Assembly (NCBI GenBank): GCA_964230645.1
Contig: CAXRHT010000001.1
Location: 96,001-160,000, forward strand
From: Bdellovibrionales bacterium
GTDB lineage: Bacteria > Bdellovibrionota > Bdellovibrionia > Bdellovibrionales > JAGQZY01
Length of the DNA stretch: 64,000 bases
Direction of reading: 5' to 3'
In this document: piece after piece, positions 9,059-19,658 of the stretch
Layout: each line of letters starts with the position of its first letter
How positions within the stretch are numbered: the first letter of the stretch is position 1
Notes under the pieces: generated by a model
What the model saw: the letters and a program-made list of their open reading frames with translations, nothing else
Databases searched by the model: none
Told to the model about the DNA's origin: nothing
Position numbers and translations under genes: made by a program

Positions 9059-11233
9059 CTATGGATTCTCAATCAAATCGGGAATTAAGTTTCCATTGAG
9101 ATCTCTCAAATAACCTAGATTAGAGTAAGCCCCTTGGTTGAATATATCACCGCCGTAAGTGACATCACCCCAAGAGATGAGCTGACCATTTTCTTTGACG
9201 GCGATAAAGCCTGGATACTCCATGGGAATAATATCGGTGACACCTGAGGATAAAATATCGGGAATGCGATCTCCGTTGGAATCCGCTAGACAGCGCACAC
9301 CGAAAGGAGAAGTGTGGCAGGTCGGATCTCCACCACGATCGGCTTGACCCCAAGCCACCACGGCCCCATCCTCGGTTAAGGCTGCCAGGGCGTGCTCACT
9401 TGCAAAAACTTTGACCACTCCACTTTCTAAAATATCCGCTCGTCCGTTGCTATCATTATCGATAAGACTTCCCACATTGGGTTGCGAACTTTGATTGATG
9501 GGGTCTCCTCCCCGACTGATTCCTCCCCACACTACGGCTTGGCCTCCCGTTTTAATGGCGGCAAAAGCATCGCGGTTAGAAAAGACCTTCTCAACCCCTG
9601 ATTCAAGAATATCGGCAATGAAATTACTATTTAAATCCGCTAAAGTTTTTACTCCCGCGCCCACGCCAGTAAGATCGGTGGGATCGCCACCGCGTCCTGC
9701 GTTCCCCCACACCACCAGAGAGCCATCTTGTTTTAAAGCTCCAAAAGCGCCTCGGGTACGGAATACTTCAGTGACCTGTGACTCTAAGAGGTCAGCGATA
9801 CCATTGCTATCAAGATCGGGAAGATAGCCGTAATTTCCACCATTAATTCTCGTCGGATCTCCTCCTTCGGACTGATGTCCCCAAGCGACAACCGACTGAT
9901 CTGATTTAATAGCGGCAAAGGCTCGATAATTGGGAACAATCTTCTCAACACCGGATTCTAAAAGGTCGGCAATTCCGTTAGAGTTTAAATCCGCCAAGGG
10001 GGTTGTGTTACCCCCTCCCGAAGCGCCTGTTTGATCCCCGCCGAAGTCTCTATGCCCCCAGCTCACAACAGAGCCATTTTCTTTTATAACCGCAAAGGAC
10101 CAACGCCCCGGCACAATCTCGCTCACTCCACTCTCTAGTAAATCGGCCACACCGTTCATATTAACATCGGGCAAGGAATGATTCGTGGCAGTTGTAACAC
10201 CGGTGGCATCTCCTCCGTTTTCACCATCGCCCCAAGTCACCACTGAGTTATCGGATCTCAATGCCGCAAAGCCATAGACATTTCCTTCCACTTTTTTAAC
10301 ACCCCCTTCAAGGAGGTCGGCTTGGCCGTTAGAATTACTATCGGCGAGAGTTTTGATATTCGTTCCAGGACTTGTCTCCCCCAGGATATCTCCCCCTCGG
10401 GTTTGATCTCCCCATGTGACAAGACTCCCATCACTCTTTTGAGCGCAAAAGGCGAAGATAGAATAATAAAGATCAACAACGTCTGAGCTTAACTCATCAG
10501 CCACATAGTCGTTATTGGAATCACTCAAAGTTTTAATGGAAGCACTTGGAGAAGCTTTTCCAGTGGGATCTCCACCCTGTTCTTTATAGCCCCAAGCCAC
10601 GACCGAACCATCATCTTTTAATGCCGCTATGGAATTCGTACTTCCATACTCAGGATCACCATGAAAACCGACCAACTTTTTGATTCCCCCCTCAAGAAGG
10701 TCTGAAATTCCATCACCGTCTTCATCGGGTAAAATCCCAGCCGTATTTTCCACGCCTGTGGAATTGGTTGAATCTCCTCCATTGATGTTGCCACCAAAAG
10801 TAACAAGTCCTCCTTTTTTGGTAAAAAAGAATCCCGCGGCTCCATTATGAACAATTTGCTCTTTTAAAATATATTGCTCGGGACTTTCAAACTGCGCCTC
10901 AGCGTATTTCACCACACAACGCAAGCGTCCATTGTAAGGAGGCAAGAAAACACCAAATTTAAAATTTCCTTTACCGCGCTGGGTGACTTCCTCAATTTTC
11001 TCGCCATTAAATTCGATAAAAACAGAAAGGTCGGTATTTTCATCGACCAATAGAGGATTCACTTGGCAATTCACCACCGCGCCTTCATAGTTGTAGTCAA
11101 TTTGCGCGACAGAAATAATCGTTTCTTCCCCAGGCAAGGGAACCAAGGGGGGCGCTTGTGAACCACTGGGAAGCTGTGTGGCTATTCCACATCCAGATAA
11201 AATAAATAACAATAAAATCGGAATGAACTTCAT
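9059..11233 (-). CDS. lipoprotein with 10 RCC1-like repeats, each carrying a Dx[DN]x[DN]G-type loop
   Basis: Lipobox LSGC; ten (F/W)G-x5-GGD repeats preceded by AFAAxKxDGSVV and followed by LxDx[DN]x[DN]xxxDLLE-like segments. Confidence 0.85.
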   Translation of the reverse strand: MKFIPILLLFILSGCGIATQLPSGSQAPPLVPLPGEETIISVAQIDYNYEGAVVNCQVNPLLVDENTDLSVFIEFNGEKIEEVTQRGKGNFKFGVFLPPYNGRLRCVVKYAEAQFESPEQYILKEQIVHNGAAGFFFTKKGGLVTFGGNINGGDSTNSTGVENTAGILPDEDGDGISDLLEGGIKKLVGFHGDPEYGSTNSIAALKDDGSVVAWGYKEQGGDPTGKASPSASIKTLSDSNNDYVADELSSDVVDLYYSIFAFCAQKSDGSLVTWGDQTRGGDILGETSPGTNIKTLADSNSNGQADLLEGGVKKVEGNVYGFAALRSDNSVVTWGDGENGGDATGVTTATNHSLPDVNMNGVADLLESGVSEIVPGRWSFAVIKENGSVVSWGHRDFGGDQTGASGGGNTTPLADLNSNGIADLLESGVEKIVPNYRAFAAIKSDQSVVAWGHQSEGGDPTRINGGNYGYLPDLDSNGIADLLESQVTEVFRTRGAFGALKQDGSLVVWGNAGRGGDPTDLTGVGAGVKTLADLNSNFIADILESGVEKVFSNRDAFAAIKTGGQAVVWGGISRGGDPINQSSQPNVGSLIDNDSNGRADILESGVVKVFASEHALAALTEDGAVVAWGQADRGGDPTCHTSPFGVRCLADSNGDRIPDILSSGVTDIIPMEYPGFIAVKENGQLISWGDVTYGGDIFNQGAYSNLGYLRDLNGNLIPDLIENP

Positions 11234-11348
11234 AAATCTCCATAGTTGGCTATGACATCAACAGGTATTGTAATTGGAGAGGGAGCGTGGAAGGCTAAGC
11301 GCTAAAAGCGTGAGTAGGAGCTAGAATATGTCATCCAGACTTAGTTTC

Positions 11349-11376
11349 TTTTCGGCATTTTTTGTCGATATATTGA
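11349..11376 (-). promoter_or_regulatory. putative sigma-28 (FliA)-type promoter
   Basis: Minus strand TCAA-N16-GCCGAAAA upstream of the RCC1-like lipoprotein; spacer one nt longer than the canonical N15. Confidence 0.35.
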
Positions 11377-11576
11377 GGGAATTCTCAGTGTGAAACGGGA
11401 GAATGTTAAAAAGAACATTTGTTTAATAAAAAGGACGTCTAATCTAAAGATTTTCCACGATACTAAGAACCTGAGCTTTTAACAAAGCGGATTCAACTCG
11501 TTCTATTTTTAGAGGATTTCTAATCCTAAGCTCCCAAAAAAGGAAAGCAAGCTTTCCCCTTCATCCTAGAATTATA

Positions 11577-14500
11577 TTATAGATTTCGTCGGTACTGCCC
11601 ACCCACTTCAAATAGAGCCTGAGTCATTTGGTAAAGGGAACAATGTCTGGCTGCACTCATAAGGGCTTCGAAGATATTGCTACCACTCAAAGCGGCCTCT
11701 TTAAGCTTTGTGATCTCTTTTTCAGCCTCACTTTGATGAGACTTCTGGAAATTGAGTAAATTGTTAAGCTGTTGATTTTTCTCTTCCATGGAGGCTCTTG
11801 CCAACTCTATACTCTCGGGCACATAACCCTCTTCCAAAGTTTTAGGATTGATAAATTGGTTCACTCCCACAATCGGCAAATCCCCGGAGTGTTTGAGATG
11901 TTCATAGTACATGGACTCTTCTTGAATCTTACCACGCTGGTATTGAGTTTCCATGGAACCAAGAACGCCGCCTCTCTCAGAAATGCGTACAAATTCTGAA
12001 AGAATCGCCTCTTCCACAAGCTCGGTGAGTTCTGTGAGGAAATAAGAGCCTTGATTGGGGTTTTCATTTTTAGCCACACCAAACTCTTTGTTGATAATCA
12101 TTTGAATGGCCATAGCTCGACGAACCGACTCTTCTGTGGGTGTGGTGATGGCCTCATCGTAAGCATTGGTATGTAACGAGTTACAATTATCGTAAATGGC
12201 AATGAGTGCTTGAAGCGTTGTTCTGATATCATTGAAGTCAATCTCTTGCGCGTGAAGGGACCTTCCCGACGTTTGAATATGATATTTTAATTTTTGAGAA
12301 CGAGAGCTTCCCTTATAAAGATCTCTCATCGCGACCGACCAAATTCTTCTGGCCACTCGTCCAATCACAGAGTATTCAGGGTCCATTCCGTTACTAAAGA
12401 AAAAGGATAAATTGGGAGCAAAGTCATCAATATCCATTCCTCGGGCCAAGTAATACTCCACAAAAGTAAAAGCATTACTTAGAGTAAATGCCACCTGGCT
12501 TATAGGGTTCGCACCCGCTTCGGCGATATGATACCCCGAAATACTGACAGAATAAAAGTTCTTCACTTTCTGATCGATGAAGTACTGCTGAATGTCTCCC
12601 ATCATTTTCAAGGCAAAATCGATAGAGAAAATGCAAGTGTTCTGCCCTTGATCCTCTTTAAGAATATCGGCTTGGACTGTACCTCGCACTCTTTGGATGG
12701 CTTCGGATTTCGCCTCTTCCCACTCGGAGGTGTTGAGTTTACGTCCAAGCTCTTTTTCTTTGCTTTCTACCAATTGATCAATGGCCGTATTAAAAAAGAA
12801 AGCCAGAATCATAGGAGCCGGACCGTTGATGGTCATACTCACTGAGGTTGAAGGCTTTAACAGATCAAAACCTGCGTAGAGCTTTTTCATATCCTCAAGA
12901 GTGCAAATACTCACACCACTCTCCCCCACTTTCCCGAAAATATCGGGGCGTTTATGGGGATCAAATCCGTAAAGGGTCACACTATCAAAAGCGGTCGAAA
13001 GTCTTTTCGCATCCGAGTCTTCTGATAAATAATGAAAACGACGGTTCGTTCTCTCCGGGGTTCCTTCACCGGCAAACATCCGGGTGGGATCTTCGCCTTT
13101 GCGTTTTAAAGGAAAGACTCCGGCGGTGTATGGAAACTGCCCCGGAACATTTTCAAGTTTTAAAAACTCTAAACGGTCTCCCCAGTCACGAAGCTTAGGA
13201 ACAGACACTCGAGGGATTTTTGTGCCACTGAGACTCTCCGAAAAAAGAGGCTGACGAATTTCCTTATCTCTGACTTTATAAACAAACTCGTCCTGACCAT
13301 ATTGGGCCATCATATCGTCCCAAGCCTTGAGAAGTTTCAAATCTTTGTCAGGGAAGTCTCGCTCGATTTTTTCTATACTGGTTTCAGCCTCTTTAAGCTC
13401 ATCTTTAAGCTGATAAAGACCCCCAAGTTTTGAGGCTTGATCGGCCAGTTTGCGGCTTTCTTTTTTATAATTTCTAACCGTACTAACGATCTCGGCCAGA
13501 TAGCCCTGCCTGTCCGGTGGAATAATACTTTGTTTTTCAGCACCCTTTATCTTTTCTCTATCTTCTTTTGAAAGTTCCCAAGAAAAATTCTTATCTTTTT
13601 CGCTCAGCTGACGAGTGAGTTCAAAAAATAGATTATTCACACCCAGATCATTGAATTGGGCCGCTTGGGTTAAATATACCGGAATTTCATCATCTTTAGC
13701 CTGAAATATTTTGCGAGATCTTTTGTACTGCTTACGAACATCGCGAAGAGCATCCTGAGACCCACGATGATCCGCCTTATTAATAGAAATTAGGTCTGCA
13801 AAGTCGATCATGTCGATCTTTTCAAGTTGAGACTGAGCACCAAACTCTGAAGTCATAACATAAAGGCTCAAATCAGAGACTTCGGTGATCGCCACATTGG
13901 CCTGACCAATTCCAGAAGTTTCAGCGATAATTAAGTCAAAATTGTACTGCTTTAAGAGATCAAGCATTTTTGGCAAAGAGCCTGCGATCTCACTTCCCGA
14001 ACCTTTCGAGGCTACAGACCTCATAAAAGCACCGGGGCGCGAGAGAGAGTTCATACGAATACGGTCCCCCAAAAGAGACCCACCGGTTTTTCTTTTGGAT
14101 GGATCGACACAAACAACAGCCACTTGCAGGTCAGGATAAGAATTAAGAAGTCTTTGCACGAGTTCATCAACAAGGCTTGATTTCCCAGCCCCTCCCGTTC
14201 CGGTGACCCCTAAAACTTTAGGCGTTTTGCTTCCCTTGAAATCGTTAAGAGAATCTAAAATATTCTCATCCACATCCTTATTATTATCTAGGGCATCGAG
14301 TGCAATTCCTAAAAGACGATGCGGCATTTCCTCGCGCCCTTCGAGTACACCTTTTTTCTCTTTGTAGGCCACATCTCCAATGGAGAAGTCACACTTCTCC
14401 ATTATCAATTCAATCATCCCCTCAAGACCCATTTTTCGTCCATCATCAGGGTGAAAGATAAAATCGATACCGTACTCTTCCAGTTCTTTTTTCTCTTCGT

Positions 14501-14807
14501 GAATGATCACCCCACCACCGCCGCCGAAAATTTTGACGTAATCAGCACCAGCCTCTTTGAGAAGGTCTTTCATATATTTGAAATACTCCATATGTCCCCC
14601 TTGATATGAGGACAAACAAATTCCCTGAGCTCCTTCTTGCAGAGCCGCGGTTACAACATCGAGGACACTGCGGTTGTGACCAAGATGGATCACCTCCGCA
14701 CCAGCGTCTTGCAGAAGTCTGCGAATCATATTGATGCTAGCATCGTGTCCGTCGAAAAGGCTTGCAGCAGTAACAATTCTCACAGGGTTTTTGAGTGGAG
14801 AGGACAT
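11577..14807 (-). CDS. icmF: fused isobutyryl-CoA mutase / MeaB-like GTPase
   Basis: N-terminal B12-binding FDGHDAS, P-loop [10 protein letters not shown]-terminal mutase ([31 protein letters not shown]); 1076 aa. Confidence 0.96.
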   Translation of the reverse strand: MSSPLKNPVRIVTAASLFDGHDASINMIRRLLQDAGAEVIHLGHNRSVLDVVTAALQEGAQGICLSSYQGGHMEYFKYMKDLLKEAGADYVKIFGGGGGVIIHEEKKELEEYGIDFIFHPDDGRKMGLEGMIELIMEKCDFSIGDVAYKEKKGVLEGREEMPHRLLGIALDALDNNKDVDENILDSLNDFKGSKTPKVLGVTGTGGAGKSSLVDELVQRLLNSYPDLQVAVVCVDPSKRKTGGSLLGDRIRMNSLSRPGAFMRSVASKGSGSEIAGSLPKMLDLLKQYNFDLIIAETSGIGQANVAITEVSDLSLYVMTSEFGAQSQLEKIDMIDFADLISINKADHRGSQDALRDVRKQYKRSRKIFQAKDDEIPVYLTQAAQFNDLGVNNLFFELTRQLSEKDKNFSWELSKEDREKIKGAEKQSIIPPDRQGYLAEIVSTVRNYKKESRKLADQASKLGGLYQLKDELKEAETSIEKIERDFPDKDLKLLKAWDDMMAQYGQDEFVYKVRDKEIRQPLFSESLSGTKIPRVSVPKLRDWGDRLEFLKLENVPGQFPYTAGVFPLKRKGEDPTRMFAGEGTPERTNRRFHYLSEDSDAKRLSTAFDSVTLYGFDPHKRPDIFGKVGESGVSICTLEDMKKLYAGFDLLKPSTSVSMTINGPAPMILAFFFNTAIDQLVESKEKELGRKLNTSEWEEAKSEAIQRVRGTVQADILKEDQGQNTCIFSIDFALKMMGDIQQYFIDQKVKNFYSVSISGYHIAEAGANPISQVAFTLSNAFTFVEYYLARGMDIDDFAPNLSFFFSNGMDPEYSVIGRVARRIWSVAMRDLYKGSSRSQKLKYHIQTSGRSLHAQEIDFNDIRTTLQALIAIYDNCNSLHTNAYDEAITTPTEESVRRAMAIQMIINKEFGVAKNENPNQGSYFLTELTELVEEAILSEFVRISERGGVLGSMETQYQRGKIQEESMYYEHLKHSGDLPIVGVNQFINPKTLEEGYVPESIELARASMEEKNQQLNNLLNFQKSHQSEAEKEITKLKEAALSGSNIFEALMSAARHCSLYQMTQALFEVGGQYRRNL

Positions 14808-14810
14808 AGT

Positions 14811-15587
14811 TTAGTTTCCAGTGAATTGAGGTTTACGTTTTTCGATAAAAGCCTGAGTGCCCTCTTTGCAGTCTTTACTTTCAAAGAGTTCAGAGAATTC
14901 TTTCTGTTCCATAGCCATGGCTTCTTTGATTTCCATACCATAAGTTTTATGGATGGTGCGCTTAATAGCATCCAGTGCTATAGGCGCTCTATGAGTAACG
15001 GTTTTAGCCACACGCCCGGCCGCCTCTAATAGCTCCGCGGGTGGATGAACTTCATTAACAAGTCCCACTTCTTTCGCTCTTTTGGCATCGATCATGTCAC
15101 CCGTGAAGGTCATTTGTTTTGCCATCCCAGGGCCGATAGCACGAGAGAGTCTCACACTGCCACCAAAACCAGGCATCAGTCCTAGAGTGCATTCTGGTAA
15201 ACCAAACTTTGCTTTTTCAGAAGCCAGAATAAAATCACAAGCAAGGGCCAGTTCAAGACCGCCACCAAGGGCAAAACCATTTACAGCTGCGATCACAGGA
15301 ATAGGAAGGTTTTCAATTTCCAAGAAAACTTGCTGGCCAAAGCCTGCAAAATCGTGAGCCTTGGCACTGTTTAGAGAATCGATTTCTTTAATGTCAGCTC
15401 CTGCGACGAAAGCGCGATCGCCTTCACCGGTTATGATGGCACAACGAAGCTCTTTATCCTCTTTGATATCAGAAAGTGCTGAAGCCAAAGCTTTAAGAAC
15501 TTCTGTGCTCAGCGCATTCATGGCCTCAGGTTTATTAATTGTTATTGTTGCAATGGAGTTTTGTTTTTTCAGTTCTACCAAAGCCAT
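14811..15587 (-). CDS. crt: enoyl-CoA hydratase (crotonase)
   Basis: AFVAGADI, AVNGFALGGGLELALACD, FGLPE..LGLMPGFGG. Confidence 0.92.
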   Translation of the reverse strand: MALVELKKQNSIATITINKPEAMNALSTEVLKALASALSDIKEDKELRCAIITGEGDRAFVAGADIKEIDSLNSAKAHDFAGFGQQVFLEIENLPIPVIAAVNGFALGGGLELALACDFILASEKAKFGLPECTLGLMPGFGGSVRLSRAIGPGMAKQMTFTGDMIDAKRAKEVGLVNEVHPPAELLEAAGRVAKTVTHRAPIALDAIKRTIHKTYGMEIKEAMAMEQKEFSELFESKDCKEGTQAFIEKRKPQFTGN

Positions 15588-15589
15588 GA

Positions 15590-16447
15590 TTAAGACTCCT
15601 CATAGTTATAAAATCCACGACCTGATTTACGCCCAAGCCAGCCGGCCTCCACATATTTGACCAAGAGAGGACAAGGACGATATTTCGTATCCCCTAAACC
15701 GTCGTGAAGAACGTTCATAATAGCAAGGCAGGTATCAAGACCAATAAAATCGGCAAGTGTCAGTGGCCCCATGGGCTGATTGGTTCCAAGCTTCATGGCC
15801 GAGTCAATAGCTTCTACCTCAGCAATTCCCTCATAAAGGGCGTAAACGGCTTCGTTAATCATAGGCATTAAAATTCGGTTGACGATAAAGCCCGGCATAT
15901 CTCGCCCTTCAACAAAAACCTTACCAAGTCCCTCGGTCGCCTCTTTAACAGTAGTAAAGGTTTTATCGGAAGTTTGTAATCCCCGAATACCTTCCACAAG
16001 CTTCATAAGAGGCACTGGATTCATAAAATGCATACCCGCAACCTGATCAGGCCTTTTTGTCACACCCGCTATTTTTGTGATGGAAATACTGGAAGTGTTC
16101 GTGCAAAGAATGGCGTCTTTGGGAGCAATTTCGTCGAGTTGCTCAAAGATCTTAAGCTTTAGATCGATGTTTTCGGTAGCCGCCTCAACGATGAAGTCAC
16201 ACTCCGAGAAGGCTTGCATATCCGTACTCGTTTGCACTCTTTCAAGAAGTTGGTTTTTTTGATCCTCAGTCATCTTTTCTTTTTTGACCAAGCGATCACA
16301 GCTTTTAGAAATTGTGGCTAGACCTTTTTCTAGTGCGGCCTCACTGATATCCACCATCATCACGGAAGTCCCTTGGGCTGCAAAAACCTGAGCGATTCCA
16401 TTTCCCATTTGTCCGGCGCCCACAACGCCTAATTTCGATATTGCCAT
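15590..16447 (-). CDS. hbd: 3-hydroxybutyryl-CoA dehydrogenase
   Basis: GVVGAGQMGNGIA, TNTSSISIT, GMHFMNPVP, GFIVNR, PMGPL; start MAISKL at 16447 with upstream ggag. Confidence 0.94.
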   Translation of the reverse strand: MAISKLGVVGAGQMGNGIAQVFAAQGTSVMMVDISEAALEKGLATISKSCDRLVKKEKMTEDQKNQLLERVQTSTDMQAFSECDFIVEAATENIDLKLKIFEQLDEIAPKDAILCTNTSSISITKIAGVTKRPDQVAGMHFMNPVPLMKLVEGIRGLQTSDKTFTTVKEATEGLGKVFVEGRDMPGFIVNRILMPMINEAVYALYEGIAEVEAIDSAMKLGTNQPMGPLTLADFIGLDTCLAIMNVLHDGLGDTKYRPCPLLVKYVEAGWLGRKSGRGFYNYEES

Positions 16448-16621
16448 GCTGTCTCCCATCTGATTGGCTCTTATTGATCGTCCCTTTGGCTCCAAAGGGG
16501 ACTCCATTTGTACTTTATTTGCTTCAGGGGTTATACCCAGGGGGGGATGTTTTGTAAACACCTGAGAATAAAGACAAAACTGGCCTTGAGGGAGCCCCTT
16601 TGACACTCCACAATACTATGT

Positions 16622-17971
16622 ATGAAGTGGTTTTTCTCCAGTCTAATATTCCTTAGCTATTTCAACCTTTTTGCCCAGTCCACGCCGATTTATCTTAGGG
16701 CCAATCACGCAGCAGCGACAGGGCATGTGGATTTAAAGAAGCTTAAAAAACAAGCGATCGCCTATGATCAGTACGAGTGGCTCTGGGTGAGAACACCACA
16801 AGGACGCAATGGTTGGATTTTAAAATCTTCAGCTCTTCTGCCTCTCGACTTCTCCAGACAAGCCATTCTTGCCAAAGGCGAACCCATTCATCCGGAACCT
16901 AAGGTCTACCAACTGCCGCAAAGGACCCTACACCAATCTCAAATTGTCACCTTGGTAGAACGGAAAAGAGACTGGTATAAAATTATCTACAAGGTTAGCG
17001 AGAAAAAGTACTTCGGTTGGGTGCGCTCGCGCTATCTCTCCCCTTACTCCAAAGATGCGGGATTTTTGTTTTCAACCATCGAGACCAAACTGCGCGCGAA
17101 ACCTCAAATGAAATCAAAGATTTTAAAGGATATTGAGCCGGGTGAGCCCATCATTCCCTTAAATACGAAAGCCTCCTGGGCCCTTGTGCATTACAAAGGA
17201 GCCAAGGGTTATATGCCCCTTCGCAATATCAAATCCCGTCTTGATGTTGCCATCAAGGTCAAAACACCGGAAGGCTATTTTAAACCTCACCCCAGTCTTT
17301 ATCAGAAAAAGGTGAACGAAATTTTTGCTGATCCCTTATGGGTGGGAACGGGGGCCTTTACTCTGGAGTTGAAACAAAAACCGGATATGAGCTCCCCCAC
17401 CCTTCAAAAAATTGAGCCTTGGCAGGATCTCGTTTTACAAGGTTACTCTATAAAGAAATGGGGAAAGAGTTTTGTTCCCCGCATTGGCGAAGTTTGGTGG
17501 CCTGATACGACGGTAGAGTCTAATGTCGAAATCATTGAGAAACTCTCTCCTCGCTTGGCAAAACTAAAAGCCTCAGAAATCTACCAAGTGGAAAAAAGCC
17601 CGGTTGTTCCCGGCTTGCGCTTTGCCTCCACTCCTAAAGGAGTTTTCCGTAGTTTTGACGGTAAAAATTGGCACCCACTGAAAGATTTTAAATTCGGCTT
17701 CCCTATAAAGATGGCAAAAAATGGAGTGCTTTTCGTGGCCGACAAAGTCAGCTTTGATCATGGCGAGTCCTTTCGCCATTTTGTGCGCTGGGATCTTGTT
17801 TTTAATTCGATTCCACAGGGGCGCAGTCGGTGGGACGGCCCCATTCAAATTGTGAATGTGGAGCCAAACGCGAAAAATCACAAACAAGTGACTCTATCTC
17901 TCAAAGTGGGACAAAACAAATTTTTACAAGTCTACACTCCGGACCTGGGTAAAACTTGGCGCCTTTACTAG
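16622..17971 (+). CDS. secreted multi-SH3b protein with C-terminal Asp-box (BNR) repeats
   Basis: Signal peptide; WLWV..NGWI, WYKI..FGWV, WALV..KGYM SH3-like motifs; SFDGKNW, SFDHGESF, TPDLGKTW. Confidence 0.75.
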   Translation: MKWFFSSLIFLSYFNLFAQSTPIYLRANHAAATGHVDLKKLKKQAIAYDQYEWLWVRTPQGRNGWILKSSALLPLDFSRQAILAKGEPIHPEPKVYQLPQRTLHQSQIVTLVERKRDWYKIIYKVSEKKYFGWVRSRYLSPYSKDAGFLFSTIETKLRAKPQMKSKILKDIEPGEPIIPLNTKASWALVHYKGAKGYMPLRNIKSRLDVAIKVKTPEGYFKPHPSLYQKKVNEIFADPLWVGTGAFTLELKQKPDMSSPTLQKIEPWQDLVLQGYSIKKWGKSFVPRIGEVWWPDTTVESNVEIIEKLSPRLAKLKASEIYQVEKSPVVPGLRFASTPKGVFRSFDGKNWHPLKDFKFGFPIKMAKNGVLFVADKVSFDHGESFRHFVRWDLVFNSIPQGRSRWDGPIQIVNVEPNAKNHKQVTLSLKVGQNKFLQVYTPDLGKTWRLY

Positions 17972-18054
17972 GCAAGCCCTAGTGCCAATATTTCTCTCTA
18001 GTCTGACTAGATTGCTTTTCAAATCGTTTCTTAAAAATCCAATACCAAAGCCTA

Positions 18055-18081
18055 TAAAAATTGCTGGCTAAATCCCGACAA
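18055..18081 (+). promoter_or_regulatory. putative sigma-28 (FliA)-type promoter
   Basis: TAAA-N15-CCCGACAA upstream of the 18116 gene. Confidence 0.35.
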
Positions 18082-18115
18082 GAAATAAATCTGTTTTTTT
18101 TAAAGGAGAGCTCGA

Positions 18116-18475
18116 TTGGATATTTTAATCTTCATTGCAGCAGGCATTTTGATTATCTTATTGTTTCTTCTCTATTTAGCTTCAGGCCATAACCACACCA
18201 TGAACTCTCTTAAAATCATCAAGGAAAAACTGGGCTCTCAAAGAGAAAGAGTCGCAGAAATTGAGAACAAATTAAAAACTATGGAGTCGCGTCTTAAGAT
18301 TTTAGAATTTCGTACAGAAATCTTGGATGACCACGCCCCTCCTATGAAGCCAAACTTCAGCGATGAGGTCACCACACCCACCACAGAAAATCGCAGTGTT
18401 TTGCAGCAGTGGGAAATTGAACGTCTTGAAGGTGAAATAACCAGCATCAAAGAACTACTCAATAAGATGTTATGA
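18116..18475 (+). CDS. single-TM coiled-coil hypothetical protein
   Basis: SD aaggag and TTG start; N-terminal TM then heptad-rich segment. Confidence 0.7.
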   Translation: MDILIFIAAGILIILLFLLYLASGHNHTMNSLKIIKEKLGSQRERVAEIENKLKTMESRLKILEFRTEILDDHAPPMKPNFSDEVTTPTTENRSVLQQWEIERLEGEITSIKELLNKML

Positions 18476-19567
18476 AGGCTCGCCCCCAAAAAGTCTGACC
18501 TTAGCCGCCTTCTCCTGCCTCTTCTTGTACTCGGTATGGGAAAGTGGTCCTCTCATATTATTAAGATAGGTTTCATAGCCAAGAATCTGCACTTCAAAGG
18601 GATAGAAAAATTGCACTTTCTCTACCTTACCTTTGCGCTCGATATCGATCCGAATGAGCTTCCTTGATATAAATTTAATAAACTTATAGTCAGGATCAGT
18701 AAAAATGTTTTCTTTATTTCTGAACTCGGCGCGATCGGCCTGTTCATCGAGCTTCTTTGCTAGGATATCACTAATCTCGTTACTTGAAGCCTTCGAGCTT
18801 TTTGCGCGTAATGTGTCCATAACCTCTAGAAATAAATTGGTGGGATAAACTGTATTTATGGATTCGTTAACAATACAATGCGGGTAACTGACCAGTCCGT
18901 TATTCCCCAAAAAACGCAGGACCTTAAAGATATCAAAAGTGTTTTTGGTGACAAAGCGAACACCAATGCGATCTAAGATATTTAAGGCGACTAAATTCCT
19001 TTTGGACAATAATTTAACTATGGCACTGGATTGATCTTTGACGGGCTTAAACTCAAACTTATTCAATCTTATTTTTTCATGTTCATTTTGTAAGAAGGTG
19101 GCACCTTGTATTGTGTCCACGTTTACAAAGTTCTGGATTGGGGTCAAAATTTGGTCGCGAATTTCCTCATCAAAAATACTATACAGATCATTATTGAGGT
19201 GAGCCATAATATGCATCACTTTAAGAGCTGCGCAGGACCACTTTTGTAAATTTTGGCTTTCAGCATCGCGCTGAGAAGCAGCAATCAATAAGTCGCGGAC
19301 ATCGTTAATGTCGTTTCGGTTGTAAAATTCGGAAAGAGGCTCTTCGCCCTCTTCGACAAACTTGTCTTGTAAAAAAGCTATGCCTTGGCGGAAGTAGGAG
19401 TAAATGGTGTTCTGATCCGCCTCACTCTCCCAATCGTAGCCATAGTTTTTTATAAATTGTGTGGCTTGTTCTTTGTCTCGGACAGAAAGTTTAGGAGCGT
19501 CAAGAACCGACACTCCTCCTATCATAGAGAGCAAAGCTTGCCTTCGAAAATAAAGACTCTCAGACAC
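18470..19567 (-). CDS. TIGR04552-family protein (RelA/SpoT-like nucleotidyltransferase fold)
   Basis: IVKLLSK, ILDRIGVRFVT, IKFISRKLI, FFYPFEVQI, SHTEYKKRQ motifs recognised from this family. Confidence 0.8.
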   Translation of the reverse strand: MSESLYFRRQALLSMIGGVSVLDAPKLSVRDKEQATQFIKNYGYDWESEADQNTIYSYFRQGIAFLQDKFVEEGEEPLSEFYNRNDINDVRDLLIAASQRDAESQNLQKWSCAALKVMHIMAHLNNDLYSIFDEEIRDQILTPIQNFVNVDTIQGATFLQNEHEKIRLNKFEFKPVKDQSSAIVKLLSKRNLVALNILDRIGVRFVTKNTFDIFKVLRFLGNNGLVSYPHCIVNESINTVYPTNLFLEVMDTLRAKSSKASSNEISDILAKKLDEQADRAEFRNKENIFTDPDYKFIKFISRKLIRIDIERKGKVEKVQFFYPFEVQILGYETYLNNMRGPLSHTEYKKRQEKAAKVRLFGGEPS

Positions 19568-19658
19568 TTAACGCTCTCCTGTTAATTGCTCGATGAATGA
19601 CCACAACTTTCCTCCTTGATCTTTCCAAAGCCTCACCTTTCATTGGGAAGGCTTTTTG

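Noticed and set aside
16448..16606. 53-aa N-terminal extension of Hbd in the ORF track
   Set aside because: Homology begins at MAISKL, which has its own SD; the extension spans the divergent promoter region.
11234..16621. Cobalamin riboswitch for icmF
   Set aside because: No B12-box-like sequence seen upstream of icmF or hbd; icmF starts 3 nt after the crt stop.
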